Assembly: GCA_001655205.1 (NCBI GenBank)
Contig: LPNZ01011587.1
Coordinates: 1 to 41,685, forward strand
DNA: 41,685 bases
Reading direction: 5' to 3'
From: Lenisia limosa
Taxonomy: Eukaryota > Protista > Breviatea
The notes below the pieces were generated by a model, which was not told where the DNA came from, did no database searches, and worked only from the letters and a program-made list of their open reading frames with translations. The translations under genes and the position numbers were made by a program. Positions 1-12,800 of this stretch are shown piece by piece; position 1 is the stretch's first letter; each line of letters begins with the position of its first letter.

Positions 1-3000
1 TAAGATGGGATATCATCGCTTCACGTGGTTAATCAATATTAAACTAGCAGTCATTTGAAAAATGCAGAGGAACTCTTGAAAACAGCATTATTTCCTCTAT
101 TCCCCCACTCTTTCAGCCATTTTGCCGACACGTCGTCTTTTGGCGTCGGGTTTGTTAAACAGACGCCCATCGTTGCGCGAATAAAGCTTATGAAGTTCTG
201 AAGGTTGAGGGAAGGGAGCTTATGAAGTTCTGAAGGTTGAGGGAAGAGAGCTAATGAAGTTCTGAAGGTTGAGGGAAGGGAGCTAATGAAGCTCTGAAGG
301 TTGAGGGGAGCGGGCGAGTATGTAGGCCAACTCATAGAGTGCACCAAATCCGTATCAAGAACTAACAATGCAAACCTTCAGTAGTTACACATTCCCTCCA
401 GGATTTGTCAAAGCGGAAAGCAACACAACGGGGGAAGCGGAAGGTGAATTCATGCTGAGAGAAAAATATGAACTTTGATTGATCACATTCTCGATACAAA
501 ACCAAACAACAAAAGCAGCAGTAAGGCTTTGGAGTTTCAGATGACAGTTCATAAAAACGTGAGTCACTTTTCACAATAAGTATGATTTGAATGGACAAAC
601 TTTCAAAAAAGAAGTCTCAACTACAAAAAAACAAATATCCTTTTTTATTCCTTCTCACATCACCCACAGCAAAGGCATCAGTAGGGGTGATCTGGGATGC
701 TTTGATGGTCATGCAGAAAATGTCGTCAGGGTTAAGGTACACATCCGGCTTGTCCTTAAGTCGGATAGGCATTTTCTAACATCCAAGTGAGAACAGTACT
801 TTAGACGAATTGAGTATTACAAGGCTAAAATACCAGTGCAACTGAAGAGGCAGTATCATTGGTATGCTGGGGAGGCATGCAAAAGCTGTGCGCACAAGGT
901 TGAAAGGCAAATGTTTGGGTGAATTTATTTCTTTGTCATAGAATATAATGCCATAAATCAGAAACAAAAAAAAAGTGAGAGAAACACAAGGGAGAAAATG
1001 ACCATTCGGCGTACCGTATGCGAAGGGGGATTGCTTGGATCAAACTTCTCCCATTTATTCTCCATGTGTTTGATGTCATCCTAAAAATTGTTAAACAACG
1101 TTGTCAAAAAATGTTTGCACAGTGTTAACATTCTTGGTTTCACTTGGGATATATTATACAGTTCCCATGAAGGATGATCGAATCTTGTTGTGTGTCAACC
1201 AAAAGTTCTAAACCCATTGTATTTTTACGATATCACGATATCATATAGGTTGGTGGTTAAAACCGCGAACATGATTAAAACTGCGAACAAGCTAAAAATC
1301 GACATAAATCGCTTCAATAACACCCTTTTTAGTGTGAAATTCNNNNNNNNNNNNNNNNNNNNNNNNNNNNNNNNNNNNNNNNNNNNNNNNNNNNNNNNNN
1401 NNNNNNNNNNNNNNNNNNNNNNNNNNNNNNNNNNNNNNNNNNNNNNNNNNNNNNNNNNNNNNNNNNNNNNNNNNNNNNNNNNNNNNNNNNNNNNNNNNNN
1501 NNNNNNNNNNNNNNNNNNNNNNNNNNNNNNNNNNNNNNNNNNNNNNNNNNNNNNNNNNNNNNNNNNNNNNNNNNNNNNNNNNNNNNNNNNNNNNNNNNNN
1601 NNNNNNNNNNNNNNNNNNNNNNNNNNNNNNNNNNNNNNNNNNNNNNNNNNNNNNNNNNNNNNNNNNNNNNNNNNNNNNNNNNNGCGTCTGATTAAGGTAT
1701 ATACTGCGTCAATAACCCATTTACCGTTCTGGAACGGTACAAAAGGTAAGAGTCAAATTTGCTTGATTTATAAACATCTTCTATCATATTTTCGCCCATT
1801 TATGGGAAATTTACGCTCATTTTTTGCCCAATTTCTCTCGTATTCTCTACTTAAATGCCTCTAGGTTACTCAAGGGTGGAAAAAAAATCAAATATGATGG
1901 TGCAAGAACGTCTTCACTTTATCGCAGGGACAATTCTAGGCCCATAATCAGTGTTTTTAATGTATTTCGCATGAAAATTGAAGTACCATGAAGGTGGTAT
2001 TTTGCATGTATGTTGATACCCCTGCCTATTCTTCTGAACAAAACCCTGTATAAAGGAGTGTTTCGGGCGATAATTTGAAAAAAATGCGAAAGAGGCGTAA
2101 ATAAGGAGCGTATTGACTCAAAATTTGAAAGAAAAGCCTCCTTTTTGTTCGCGGTTTTAATCATGTTCGCGGTTTTAACTATATACTATATACTATATTA
2201 TATAATATATGTACTCTATGTGAAGCAAAAAAAAAACAATGCATCGAGCCAAAACAACTCATAAAAAATATCTAAATGATGAATATTGTTGAAAAAAAAG
2301 CAGTACTATCCAAAGATATAATACTATTGGCATGAATAAAGAATAACATACTCTTTTTTCCTTCATAGTGAGTCCCGAGCCAACGATTCCCAAAGACAGA
2401 AACCTGGAACACGATTACATACACAGAATAACTATGAATTGACTATCAAGGTATATAATATGGCAATTAGAAATAACAAAAATAAGGTGTATCTGGCCGA
2501 AGCCGTCCACACCAGCACGCTTATAANNNNNNNNNNNNNNNNNNNNNNNNNNNNNNNNNNNNNNNNNNNNNNNNNNNNNNNNNNNNNNNNNNNNNNTTTG
2601 CCTTAATACTCTGCACACACATCTTTCTGCGTGCCTCCCTAGCATACAAAAAATACTGACTGAAAATACAAGATATTTCAAGTTGTCTAAAATGACATTT
2701 TCAACTATTCAAGCCCTCATACTCAACTTCATCATTTGACGCGCTGGGGAGAGTTGGGATGGCAATCACAAACTTGTTATATGTTCCGCCATCTCGCCCG
2801 CGACCCTGGAATGCACCTAGGTATACATTTAGAAATTTGATCAACTCCATGACAAAAGCCTAAAACTAGAACTACGCAAAACGATAAACAGTTAAGGTCG
2901 GAATGTCTGATAATTAAATCTATGGTGGTAACAGTCCAAGAGCCCATACCAATGACTGCAACATCAAGGTCCACGAGCCCGCTGTCCAAATAGTCAATCT

Positions 3001-6000
3001 AAACAATGAAAATGGACGTTTGCTATTTCATCCAAGCTTGGAATATCATATTTTCGCTAACTGACCTTCAATTTGATCCAATTGGTGTTCCTTTCTCCGA
3101 TCTGATATTCACTCGAAAGCTTCTTGACCATAATTCCTTCTTCTCCCTGATGGGGTGAACATGTACACAAATAAAACGTGACAGTATATATCTAAATTAA
3201 GAAATATAATCAGTTGTTTTGTTGATATAAGTCCAATACTGTTTTCACCCCTATTACTACGAAAACGGCAAATAAAAGGGCTGAATGTTGATTTTGTAAA
3301 TATTTAAATGGTATAAAGCAAACAGGAATGTGCCATTTTGAATGGTGCCTCCACTCACTGCCATACTGGCCTCAGTGAGCCTTGAAATGACCGTCTCCAC
3401 ACTGTCTACTGGGGTCTGTTGTGAGACCTTAAAGCTTAGAGATATTCCTGTCGTTAGTGGTTTTCAAGTTAAATTAAGTCCTTAAATCATAAAAAAGCCA
3501 TTTACATCCCACCTCGATTTTCTTGGAGCTTTCCTTAATTGTTTCCTTCAGAATTCGGTGGCGCTCGGAAAGTGTCTGAAGCGTAATAACTAGACAGGTA
3601 GGCCTCCAAAGTTATGCCACTTTAGATTTCTTACTTTCATACAACCTTAGCAAAATCATTTTAACCAGACAATAACTAAACCAAGAGCCCACTAAGCCAG
3701 TAAGTACGCGGTCATCTTTTTTAATAATGTCAAACACCATGTAAACAAGGCAGTCATCTGGGCTCTCAGATTGCCCATTATCTATATCGTAAGCGTTTTC
3801 ATAATAAATTTTGATTGATGATACGATACAAATCATAAAAGCATACAGACAGCAGGAACAGCGGAACATGGGAGGAAGCGATTCTGACTTGGTGAGTACG
3901 GACACATTTCACCATCGAGAATGCAGCTGTATGGTAAAAGAAAAAGAGTGACAGACAGTGGAAACTGAGAGGAAAACAAAAAACAGAATGTACAGAAATA
4001 TGAGAATATTATAATATTCTTTTCACCAAAATGTACCAGTTTTCCTTTTAAAAAACCAGTCACTAGTGTGACTCAATAGTGATAGTTCCTCCCTCAACAA
4101 GCCAAAAGCATAGCAGCAATAATGAGACTGCCACCCAGTGTTATATGCATATCGAAATAGTATTATGTATTTAAAAAGCCCTTTTCAGACCTGTCAGGAA
4201 CCACAGCCTTCATGATGACACGGTCCATAATGTCCTTGATTCGACTGGTCAAGTCCTCAGCGTTACGGGAGTAGTATCTACACGTTATATGACGACAATG
4301 GAATGCACAGCTATAGTTCAAGCATACCTGATAACAGCGTTTTCTTTGTGAATGAGTACTCGATGACCGTCAAATTTTGTTTCTGTAACATAATTTCCTT
4401 TGGCCATTACCTGTGCCTGTGAGTGGCGATTCCACATGCAACAAACTGGCTATAAATTTATTTATTTATGCTCCTGTATAAAAATGATACATGCCTTAAT
4501 TAAAATTTCTCAATGGATACAGTTAATCTGGCCAGAAACCCAGTTACATTCTGCAGCTCTGTCATTTGAACGCGTTGGGCTAAAAACGGCTTGAATCTCG
4601 AAAACATCACCACAGACTAAAAAGATTAAGAAAAGTACAGTAAATAAGTGTATGGGGAAATAAATAAAAGACAAAAGCTTAAGGTAGTTTAAGCAAACTG
4701 ATCAAACAACTCACATTTTTGTCTATTCTAGCGTTCGGGTCCTTGAGTTCTTCTGCAACCTAAAATGTTAGCTTATAACCAAAATCACATTATTATTTCT
4801 AACGTTGCATAATCCATCATCTGTGATGTATTTTCATGAGAATAAGAAAATTGATGCAATTAAAATAGATAGGGCTCTGTGCAATTAATTGAAAAAATAA
4901 CTACAAAATTTGAAGTGGGATATAGTGAAACCAGAAGCCCTTTTCAGACACTTTAATTTCTAATTTTGAGAATTAAATTCTTCAAAAAATTAATTGCACG
5001 CAGCCTTAACAATTGTTCCCTGACATGTACATTTTTTATTATAATATACTCTGCAATCTATAGCTGTGATATCCAGCAAAATAACCATTGAAATAGAAGA
5101 GTACTAGGTTAATTACAATGCAAAACCATTGCAAAACTCAGCATACCTGGCGAACGGAGTTGCAACGATTGAACAAAGTACTGGCTTGAGGGTGGAATGC
5201 GTTGAGGACTGAAGGGTGACATATATATGACATTCATAATTAAAGGATTTCTGAAGAAGGCTGACGATTCTCAAAAATGGATAATGGGGGGGGGGGGGTG
5301 GAAGCACAAAAAATAACACTTGACCCACTTCTATTGGCACCGCACCCAAGCTTCAAATCTAAAATTATAATGATTACAGTTTGAAGAATTCTTCGCAGCA
5401 AAAACAGTAGTTGACAACCTCACATAATAACTATGCAATTATTATTATCTCCCATCCCACCCTTCAAAAGCAATCTCACAATCCATTTATGCTCTTTGGG
5501 TACTGCGGTTCTCAAGAGGCTGCGGACAAGATCCGTGTTCCCCGAGTCTCTGGCAGGGTTACGGTAATGAATTGGTGGGTAAGCTAAACGCAGGAGTAGC
5601 GATAAATGAAAACGGCATGAATGTCATACTATTCTCTACAATTACGCTGTTCCTGAATTATATTTTACATAATATATGAAACACACATTTCTGGAATGTA
5701 CACATTGCATGCTAAACAAAACAACATGGCAAACCCAGCAGTCTGCTTGAAGCGATCCAATATTTTATTGACGTCTTCCACGGACATTGTGGATTTCTCA
5801 GGGCAAGCCATCTTGACGTTATGTTCCACAACCAAGGACAAATCACCAGCACCCTGTTGATATCAAAATACAACTTTGGGACTGATTATAGAAAAAACCA
5901 ATGATGGTTGGCTGTTGATATCACCGAATATGTGAATCCCATTACTCACCTTAGAGCCGGCGTTTTTCCTCCAGTTGGTGATAGCATAAGCCTTGGCTGA

Positions 6001-6500
6001 CGACTTGGTCAATGCGTTGGCGTAAGCCTTTGCAATAGTCTGCTCCTTCATTCCAAACGCCCCTCCAAACTCCTCCTATAGACTTGAGAAAGCCTTGAGT
6101 TGATATGATATCTACCGTCAGGAAATAACCCAGGGCTTAAGATCAAGCATAATTCCCAACAGTTTGCTCTGGTATGAAGCAATATCAATAGGTCAGCGAA
6201 GCCCCACCTTAGGGAGCAACAGTCTGAGCGCGGGATAAAAGTCGTTTTGTGGGTCTCGCCAGGAGTTGAGGAACGCAGCAACATGCTTTGGGCTGTTTGT
6301 GGGGGTCTAAAATATCAAGAATGGGACATTCACGCTAAAAATAATTGGGACTAGAACTTGTCCAATGTCTCTTATTGATACTAAGTCTGTTGGATAGTTG
6401 GGCTTGTAGGGGTGAAGTTTATCCAACATACCGCTTCAGCAATGCTCTCATATGCTTGAACTAATGTCAAAAACGGTATAGTGGCTGCGTAGGAGGTCAT
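1..6500 (-). CDS. LIG4: DNA ligase IV (NHEJ ATP-dependent ligase), multi-exon (at least 23 exons), 3' end (expected BRCT region) beyond the window start
   Basis: Hand-spliced exons give MTSYAATIPFLTLVQAYESI (ATG at 6500), NDFYPALRLLLPK, GAFGMKEQTIAKAY, HKWIVRLLLK-DLKLG, FKPFLA, motif I YVTETKFDGHR (Lys at 4375-4377) then YYSRN, motif III SCILDGEM, IIIa VYMVFDII, IV GEEGIMVK, V WIKLK-IDYL, OB fold DLDVAVIG-AFQGRG, VGSGLT, KPDVYLNP and motif VI TFRFPRCVAFRFDKSWREC. Order and wording follow LIG4 as I recall it, not LIG1/3. Intron phases were consistent at the junctions checked. Confidence 0.95.
185..308. repeat. 32-bp tandem repeat, about 4 copies, spanning a LIG4 3' splice site
   Basis: Unit agct(t/a)atgaagttctgaaggttgagggaaggg starts at 185, 217, 249 and 281. 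There are no spacers. Confidence 0.95.
1248..2180. mobile_element. Non-autonomous DNA transposon (MITE-like family C), copy 1, in a LIG4 intron
   Basis: About 33-bp inverted repeat aaaaccgcgaacatgattaaaac(t/c)gcgaacaa ... ttgttcgcggttttaatcatgttcgcggtttt. Near-identical to 14878-15696, with TA-rich flanks and an internal N gap. Confidence 0.85.
4870..5008. mobile_element. Short MITE-like element (family B), hAT-like TAGGG terminus, in a LIG4 intron
   Basis: Left end tagggctctgtgcaattaatt matches the reverse complement of the right end (taaggctgcgtgcaattaatt) at 18/21. The TSD is degenerate (5/8). Confidence 0.6.
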
Positions 6501-6880
6501 CCTTGATCAAAACCTAGGAACCTGGAGCTTACTAAGCCATTTTCGTCTTTCTATTTGGATGTAACTTTAGTATATTTTACAGTAAAAGAGGAAATATCTT
6601 CTTGGGCCAACAACAACCTTATATCATGTAGGATCACGTTGATCGTCAGTTATAAGTTCTGGAACCAAAAGCGAGAGAGCCTCTTTCTTGTGCGATAATG
6701 TTTACAGTATGTTATTTTTTTGAATAGATGTTAAAAATAATACAGGAACTGGCCTTCGAAAGACTTCTTCCCTTCCCAATATGTTAGGAGGGCCGCAATT
6801 TGACTGTTTGATGAAAGCCTATATCGCCCATTTTGAGCAACACAACAATCAATAAGTGCCTCCATAACACCGTATCAAAT
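6501..6880. promoter_or_regulatory. Probable bidirectional promoter between LIG4 and the WH2-containing gene
   Basis: Predicted start codons diverge at 6500 (minus) and 6881 (plus), 380 bp apart. No specific element was identified. Confidence 0.4.
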
Positions 6881-9800
6881 ATGGAAAACCTACACCGCCC
6901 AGAAAACACTTCCTTATCTCCCAGATATCCTGTGTTGATGGTGAGTCACTTCACGACTATCTGAGAACGTAAGCGCTTTTGGAGTTAAAATCGAATTTCC
7001 ATGGTGTTTATCAACCGTTGAATAATCTGAATTGAATCTAGTCTCTGTGATTTATCGAATCGAGGGAGGTATATGTGTGAACAATGAAAGAGGTGCCAAA
7101 AAAGAATGAAACGCACGATTTATTAATTGAAGCGTTTCATACAAAACGATTAAAGATCTGCAAGTACATTTTTTGATTAATCAGTCTGCTTCCCTCCATT
7201 AACTCTTCAGATGAGGCCGCGGTCCTACTCTCATGTCCCTCTGGGTATCGCAAGCAGGCTTGATAGCCCATCGGTGAGGATGATATTGAGCTACTCAGCA
7301 TGCTTAAATTGATATTGTGGTTGTGTCATTAATGCAAACAGGATACTTTAAACATGACTATAAAGGATAAATAATTTAATCCACATTCAAAAGTCTGTTA
7401 CCACACAGCCGTTAAGGAAATCAAAACCGTTACCTCCCACGCCAAATCAAACGTTGTCGTCACATTGGTCCCCGTCGCCTCTAAGTCGATCTCCAATGTC
7501 AGTTTCATAAAAGCAAAAGCAATAATTTCATACGAGCAAATAGTTCTAAATATTTCACGAAAACGGTCCTAATTTCATATTCATTAATAACAAGAACGCT
7601 ATTAACATTACACACAGTTCTGAGCCGCCCCAAAGAAGCCTGCCACCAACACCACGAGGAACAGCCGACCTGAGACTCTTGCGACCTCGATCGGCATCTC
7701 AACACTCCCTATCAGGCTCGCAGCATCACAGTGCAAGCAGCTCCCTTCGATCTTCAAATGACCGTTTCCTCTCATCTTCACTTATCCCGCTTGATGAGGA
7801 TAAAGCCACTGTGGGAAGTTTCCTTCCGATAGCTTCCGACACGCTTCCGACAAACAGACCCGCCACAGTTCCGCGTTCACTTTCTATTGAGTCTCTTCGG
7901 TCACGCGACTCTCGAGCCTATGGGGATCCAAGTGATCTTCATGTGGATCCTTCAGGCGCGTTTGTTGATAGAAGGGCTGCATCATCATATTCTCGGAGTA
8001 GCTCCCCCGTGATTAGTGGGGGGCGCCATCCCTCAGAGGGGCATATTTCAGCTTCCCAATATGGCCTGCATTCACAGCCCCACAATCCAAGCCACTCAAG
8101 TCAACAGCCAGGTCATTCTTGCGAGCCCGAGGCCCCTCAGCAACCCACCCCGTTACCGCAACCGCATCCACAGCAACCACAGGCTAACTGTGACCCCCGT
8201 ATGGTAACGTCCAGTCATCATGTCCATCAAGCCACCAGGAATGTAGTCCCTGGAAAATATCAAAACCACCAAATGCCTCCACAACAAGCAGCCAGTACCT
8301 TCGAAAATGCACCGCAAAACATGGCATATTTCCCCCCGCCGCACTACCCTGATGTATCAGCCTACCCCGCTCAATACCACCAATTCAGAGTACCGACCCA
8401 GGTATGACTATTATTCATTTATTGTGAATACTGTTTTTACAAAATTGCATGGCCATTTATCCTATTAGACACAACCTGTTACAGTTTCTCGTTCCAACCC
8501 TTTCTTTACATTCCAATGGATTTCCCCCTGTTTCGTCAAATTCATGAGCTCAGCTGCCTTACACCCCCGGATTCCCCCAATGGGCGCCCGACGCAGCAAG
8601 CCCCTTGGTGTTGACATCCGCATCCGCCCTGTCGGCTCTTGTCGGCTCAGCGGGGGATAAGAACCCAGACAGTACGCAAAGCGAAGTAGCCGAGATCGCA
8701 TCTGGAAGGCAGTCCCAGGTACAGGTACAGGGGGCTAGTGATAGTAATACTGCATCGGTGGAGCCTGTGCCCGTATTGAGTGGTGGAAGCGTGTTTCTAG
8801 GAATTATTATTCAAATGATATGCTCAACTGTTTGAAATCTATCCGGATGTAGGGGCTCGAAAGTAGTTATAAAGTCATGCCAAAATTGCATCATAATGAC
8901 GATTAGTTTTCATTGATCAGAGTGAAGAAAAGAAGACACCAGAGAAGCCTGGTGCTCTTTCACAAGATGAAGAGTTGAATAAACTTGTTAACACGGTGAG
9001 CCTTTTCGTATTATTTCCACGTTGTTTTTGTGTGAGTACATCCTCTTTACTATATTTAGATACAATCCTCCATATCTGATCAGGCGGCGCAGATCAAAGA
9101 TCTCTCAGAACTTCAGGTTGGTATGATATTAATATTGACTATAATGGACTTTGTCCATTTTCACGTATTATCTCAAACTTTGTTTTTGTGATTTTTCTCC
9201 TTTTATTGTTTGGTTATATCGTTATCAGTGTGTGACTGCTGTAGCTGCGAGCGTATCAACAGCAGCAGCATCTCCGCCACAATCTCCAGGGTACTCCCGG
9301 CTTCGACCCTCTGACAAACGTCACACAAGCCGTCCACCCCATACCCGTCAGAGAAAGTGCAGCACCAAATCCTCCTGCAACCATCCAATTGCCGAACAGC
9401 ACTCCAGTCCACCACCAGCCAAGCCAACCCTCTGAAGATCCCAAATTGTTATCCGCGGAAAAAGAGGAAATTGTCCGAGAGTGGCAGAAGATTGAAGCGG
9501 CTCGGATTGAGGTTCAGAGCCAAGCAGCTCTACAGGCACAACAGGAGCATGAGCGTGTACGAGCCTTGCGGAAGGCTGAGAAGCTACGTGATCGTGAAAT
9601 GAGGCGTCAGGAACGGAAGGAGCGTAAGATCAGGAAAGCTGCCAAGGCGGCTGCCCAGGATGAATTAAGAGCTCGTCAGGTTGGGGGGGGGGGGGGNNNN
9701 NNNNNNNNNNNNNNNNNNNNNNNNNNNNNNNNNNNNNNNNNNNNNNNNNNNNNNNNNNNNNNNNNNNNNNNNNNNNNNNNNNNNATTGATATTTTAGGCA

Positions 9801-12800
9801 GTATTTGCTCAGGAACAGGGAGTTCTCATGCGAAACCCAGAGGTTTGTTTTTATCTGTTAAGTCAATGAGGATAGGCAAATCTCTTTCAGACGAGCTAGT
9901 ATAGTATCACTAGGGCTTCACTACGGTCCGAAAAAGACCGTCAAAATATCGATATTTATCGAAGTTATCGAGAAATTCAGTCTTTTTTGGGACCGTAGAA
10001 GGCTTAAGTATCACAGAAAAATATATGAATACAGAACACTATGTGGATGGATAAATGTGTCCGACTATTGGGAGCAGTTAACGCATCATCAGAGTGCGCA
10101 GACGGAAATTGATCCCTTCACACCAGCTGATGCTGCTTTGCCGCCTGATCAAGCCTACAGGTTAGCTCATGCTAGATTTTTGTTTCTTCTCTCCTAAAAG
10201 GGTTTAATTGTGTGTCCCCTCACGACATTAGGAACCAACAGTACAGTGCAAACATGACCTTCCACACGCAGCCATCCCTGCCAGCTGCCCCAGCCCCTAT
10301 GAATCCCCAACTTCAGCAGTATATGATGAACCAGGGCCACTATCCTCCTGAAATGCAGCAACAGATCTACCAGGTTTGAAGTTATTTTTTATGCAAGGTA
10401 ATCATAAAATTATGATTCCTAATGGTCAACTCTATATGACAGCTTCAGAAAATGCAGCAAGACGCCCAACAACAGAGCTGGAACCCGCAATTCATGACTC
10501 AAAGTGGAATGGTGCCTCCCAATGTGCCCCAAAAGCCTCAGTACAATATGATTGTTCCCAACTCGGAGCCCTTGAACTGGACAATGCCAATGAATGACGA
10601 CTTTATGGAAGTTTGAAGGGAGTTACAATATTATGATTTTACTATAATTATTACTGTCTTAGTTTCTTTTTCGTATTGCTTTTGTTATTATTATTATTAT
10701 CTTTTGCAACTGCTTGGGGAAAACACAGCATGTCGTTTCCAGTTCATCTTATATTACATACAATTCTGTGAGATGTACAAATCAGCTTTGTTGAGTATGT
10801 GTTGCTTTCAATACCTGTTACACTCTTTCTGAACTCTCAGGTTGAAATCGAAGAAACTCTTCCCAGACAGAATACCCAGGTCAGCTCTTTTATTAGAGGG
10901 TATATAAATTAACACTCTTTTCTGGTGTGCTACTTGAAAATTTGACCGTTGATAATCTTGCAGGAGAGGCCTCTTTACCAGTACCCACGGTCAACCTTCA
11001 CCGAAAGAGTTGAGGAATTTGCTATGAAAGTGAAACGGTCTCCGCCTCAAAAGCAAACAAGGACCAAGTCGAAGGTATGCGTATTACAACTTGCATCGGA
11101 GGGGTTTTTTTGGGGGTTTACACACCCCAAATTTAATTAAGTCTGTTTGTCTCATTTCCTCAGCCGAAGCCGGACGCCTCGATGTTGAGCGGTCCCCCTG
11201 AAGACCTTTTACCATCAGCACGAAAGCACCACCCGAAGGCTGAGGTATACTCGTTTGATTGAATGTAAAAACGCATCTCTATGGGTAATTTTTATCTCCA
11301 CTTTCCATAGTAACGCGTCCAGACCAGCTCGCCACCACCTCCATCATTCGGCACGATTTCACCTCAGTCAAGCTCGTCAACACTTCAAGCTTTTGAAATG
11401 ACACCGCCCGTATTCTCTCCTGAGCAGCAGAAGAACATTGAGGAACTCAGACGGAGACGGTCATCCATCTCGTCCACGCACCCGCTCAACATGCCGTCGG
11501 CAAGTTCTGTTCAGCCCGAACCGAAGCGCGTAACTCGAATGGCGGACATCCAGCCACTTCCTTATGACTTCGCAAGGCCATCCTATGCTAATACAATTCC
11601 GGGAACTTCGTACTGTGGTAACACCATTTCATATAGTCCCCAACACACAACAATTCCTCCTCAAGGCGCACAGAGTATTGCCCCGGGTGACTTGGCTGAA
11701 ATGATTCGCAAAGCCGTGACTGATAGTTCCGACCAGGTTCCAACAACTGCCGATCTGGAGCGGCACGTCAAAGGACTCCTCACCACCATCCAGCGAATGA
11801 CTGACAGACACCGATCTCGGTGAGTGGGGTGTTAACACTATATTACGTGATGGATTTTGATCGAATGATCTTTTAAATAATAACCTTGTTATAATAAGGC
11901 CAGCATTATTGAAATTGGTTAGTGCAGATATTTTTTTTGTGTGTCTTTTGTGAATTCTATTTGCCAACTACTTTCTTTCAAACAACCTGCTTTTGATTCC
12001 TCACGAAAAGGTCACTGACGAACACGATTGAAGAAGCCATTCAACGATATGGCAAAATTGGTTCCGGAACAGGGATGATTGCTGATTCCCTTGCAAGATC
12101 CATTACCAATTTTGCGGGCCTTGCTGACCCCACGTTCCAGCCCCAATACAGGTCAGCGAGCATCTATGTATGTATTCTGTGGTCCATTTGAATTTTTCCA
12201 ATTGTAAACATCTCTCTTTTTTGTTTTCTATCTTCTTTTTTGTTGGTTTTAATGTCACCATTTTTCATTTCGAACACAGTTTATTTCAAACAAACTGCTT
12301 TCTTACATCAGCATCTGGTCTGAGCAGGATATTCAGTACTTTTTATTAACACTGCTAAGTGTCATTTTCCCTTTTCTCCTGAGTTTTAAACAGTGTTTAG
12401 GTTTAAACAGGTTGGAAATATAAGGAAAATAGAAGCCAATTGTAGACTGTAGCAAGGCTAAATAATAAATATTCCCCCAGTAAAAAGCACGCAAATGAAG
12501 AATCCAAGGAAGGAGCTACTTGGGATGGAGTGTTCCAGACATAAAAGCCCGAACATTTGCCCTCCAAAGCAACATGATTATGTAAAAACACACATGAATA
12601 CTCCTACGATTCTGAACGAGGACTTCATTCCCGTGACGGGCTGAACAAGAAGCGCTTTATCGTCAATTGGCGTGGTCACTAACGTACTCCAAAGTCGCAA
12701 CATGATAAAATCTGTTGACATTAGTCATTCCCAAAGCAATGAGGAGGTTTTTTCCATAGCAATGAGGAGGTGGTATTGTTGAGCAAGTGATTCAGATCAA

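Noticed and set aside
185-308. 32-bp repeats as a CRISPR array
   Set aside because: The units are directly adjacent with no spacers, lie in a eukaryotic intron, and no cas genes are present.
845-895. Possible extra LIG4 exon (FCMPPQHTNDTASSVAL)
   Set aside because: The flanking exons (NPPSHT and KMPIRLKDKPDVY) already join in phase 0 and match LIG4 without it.
1190-1864. Long ORFs in the track that are mostly X (also 14828-15370, 17544-17918, 26964-27341, 39136-39790)
   Set aside because: They are artefacts of N runs lacking stop codons.
10600-10620. Stop codon ending a separate gene (ME V-stop)
   Set aside because: gaa|gtttga matches a donor type used elsewhere in this gene, and a phase-0 exon follows near 10841. 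I treated it as one gene, but this is not proven.
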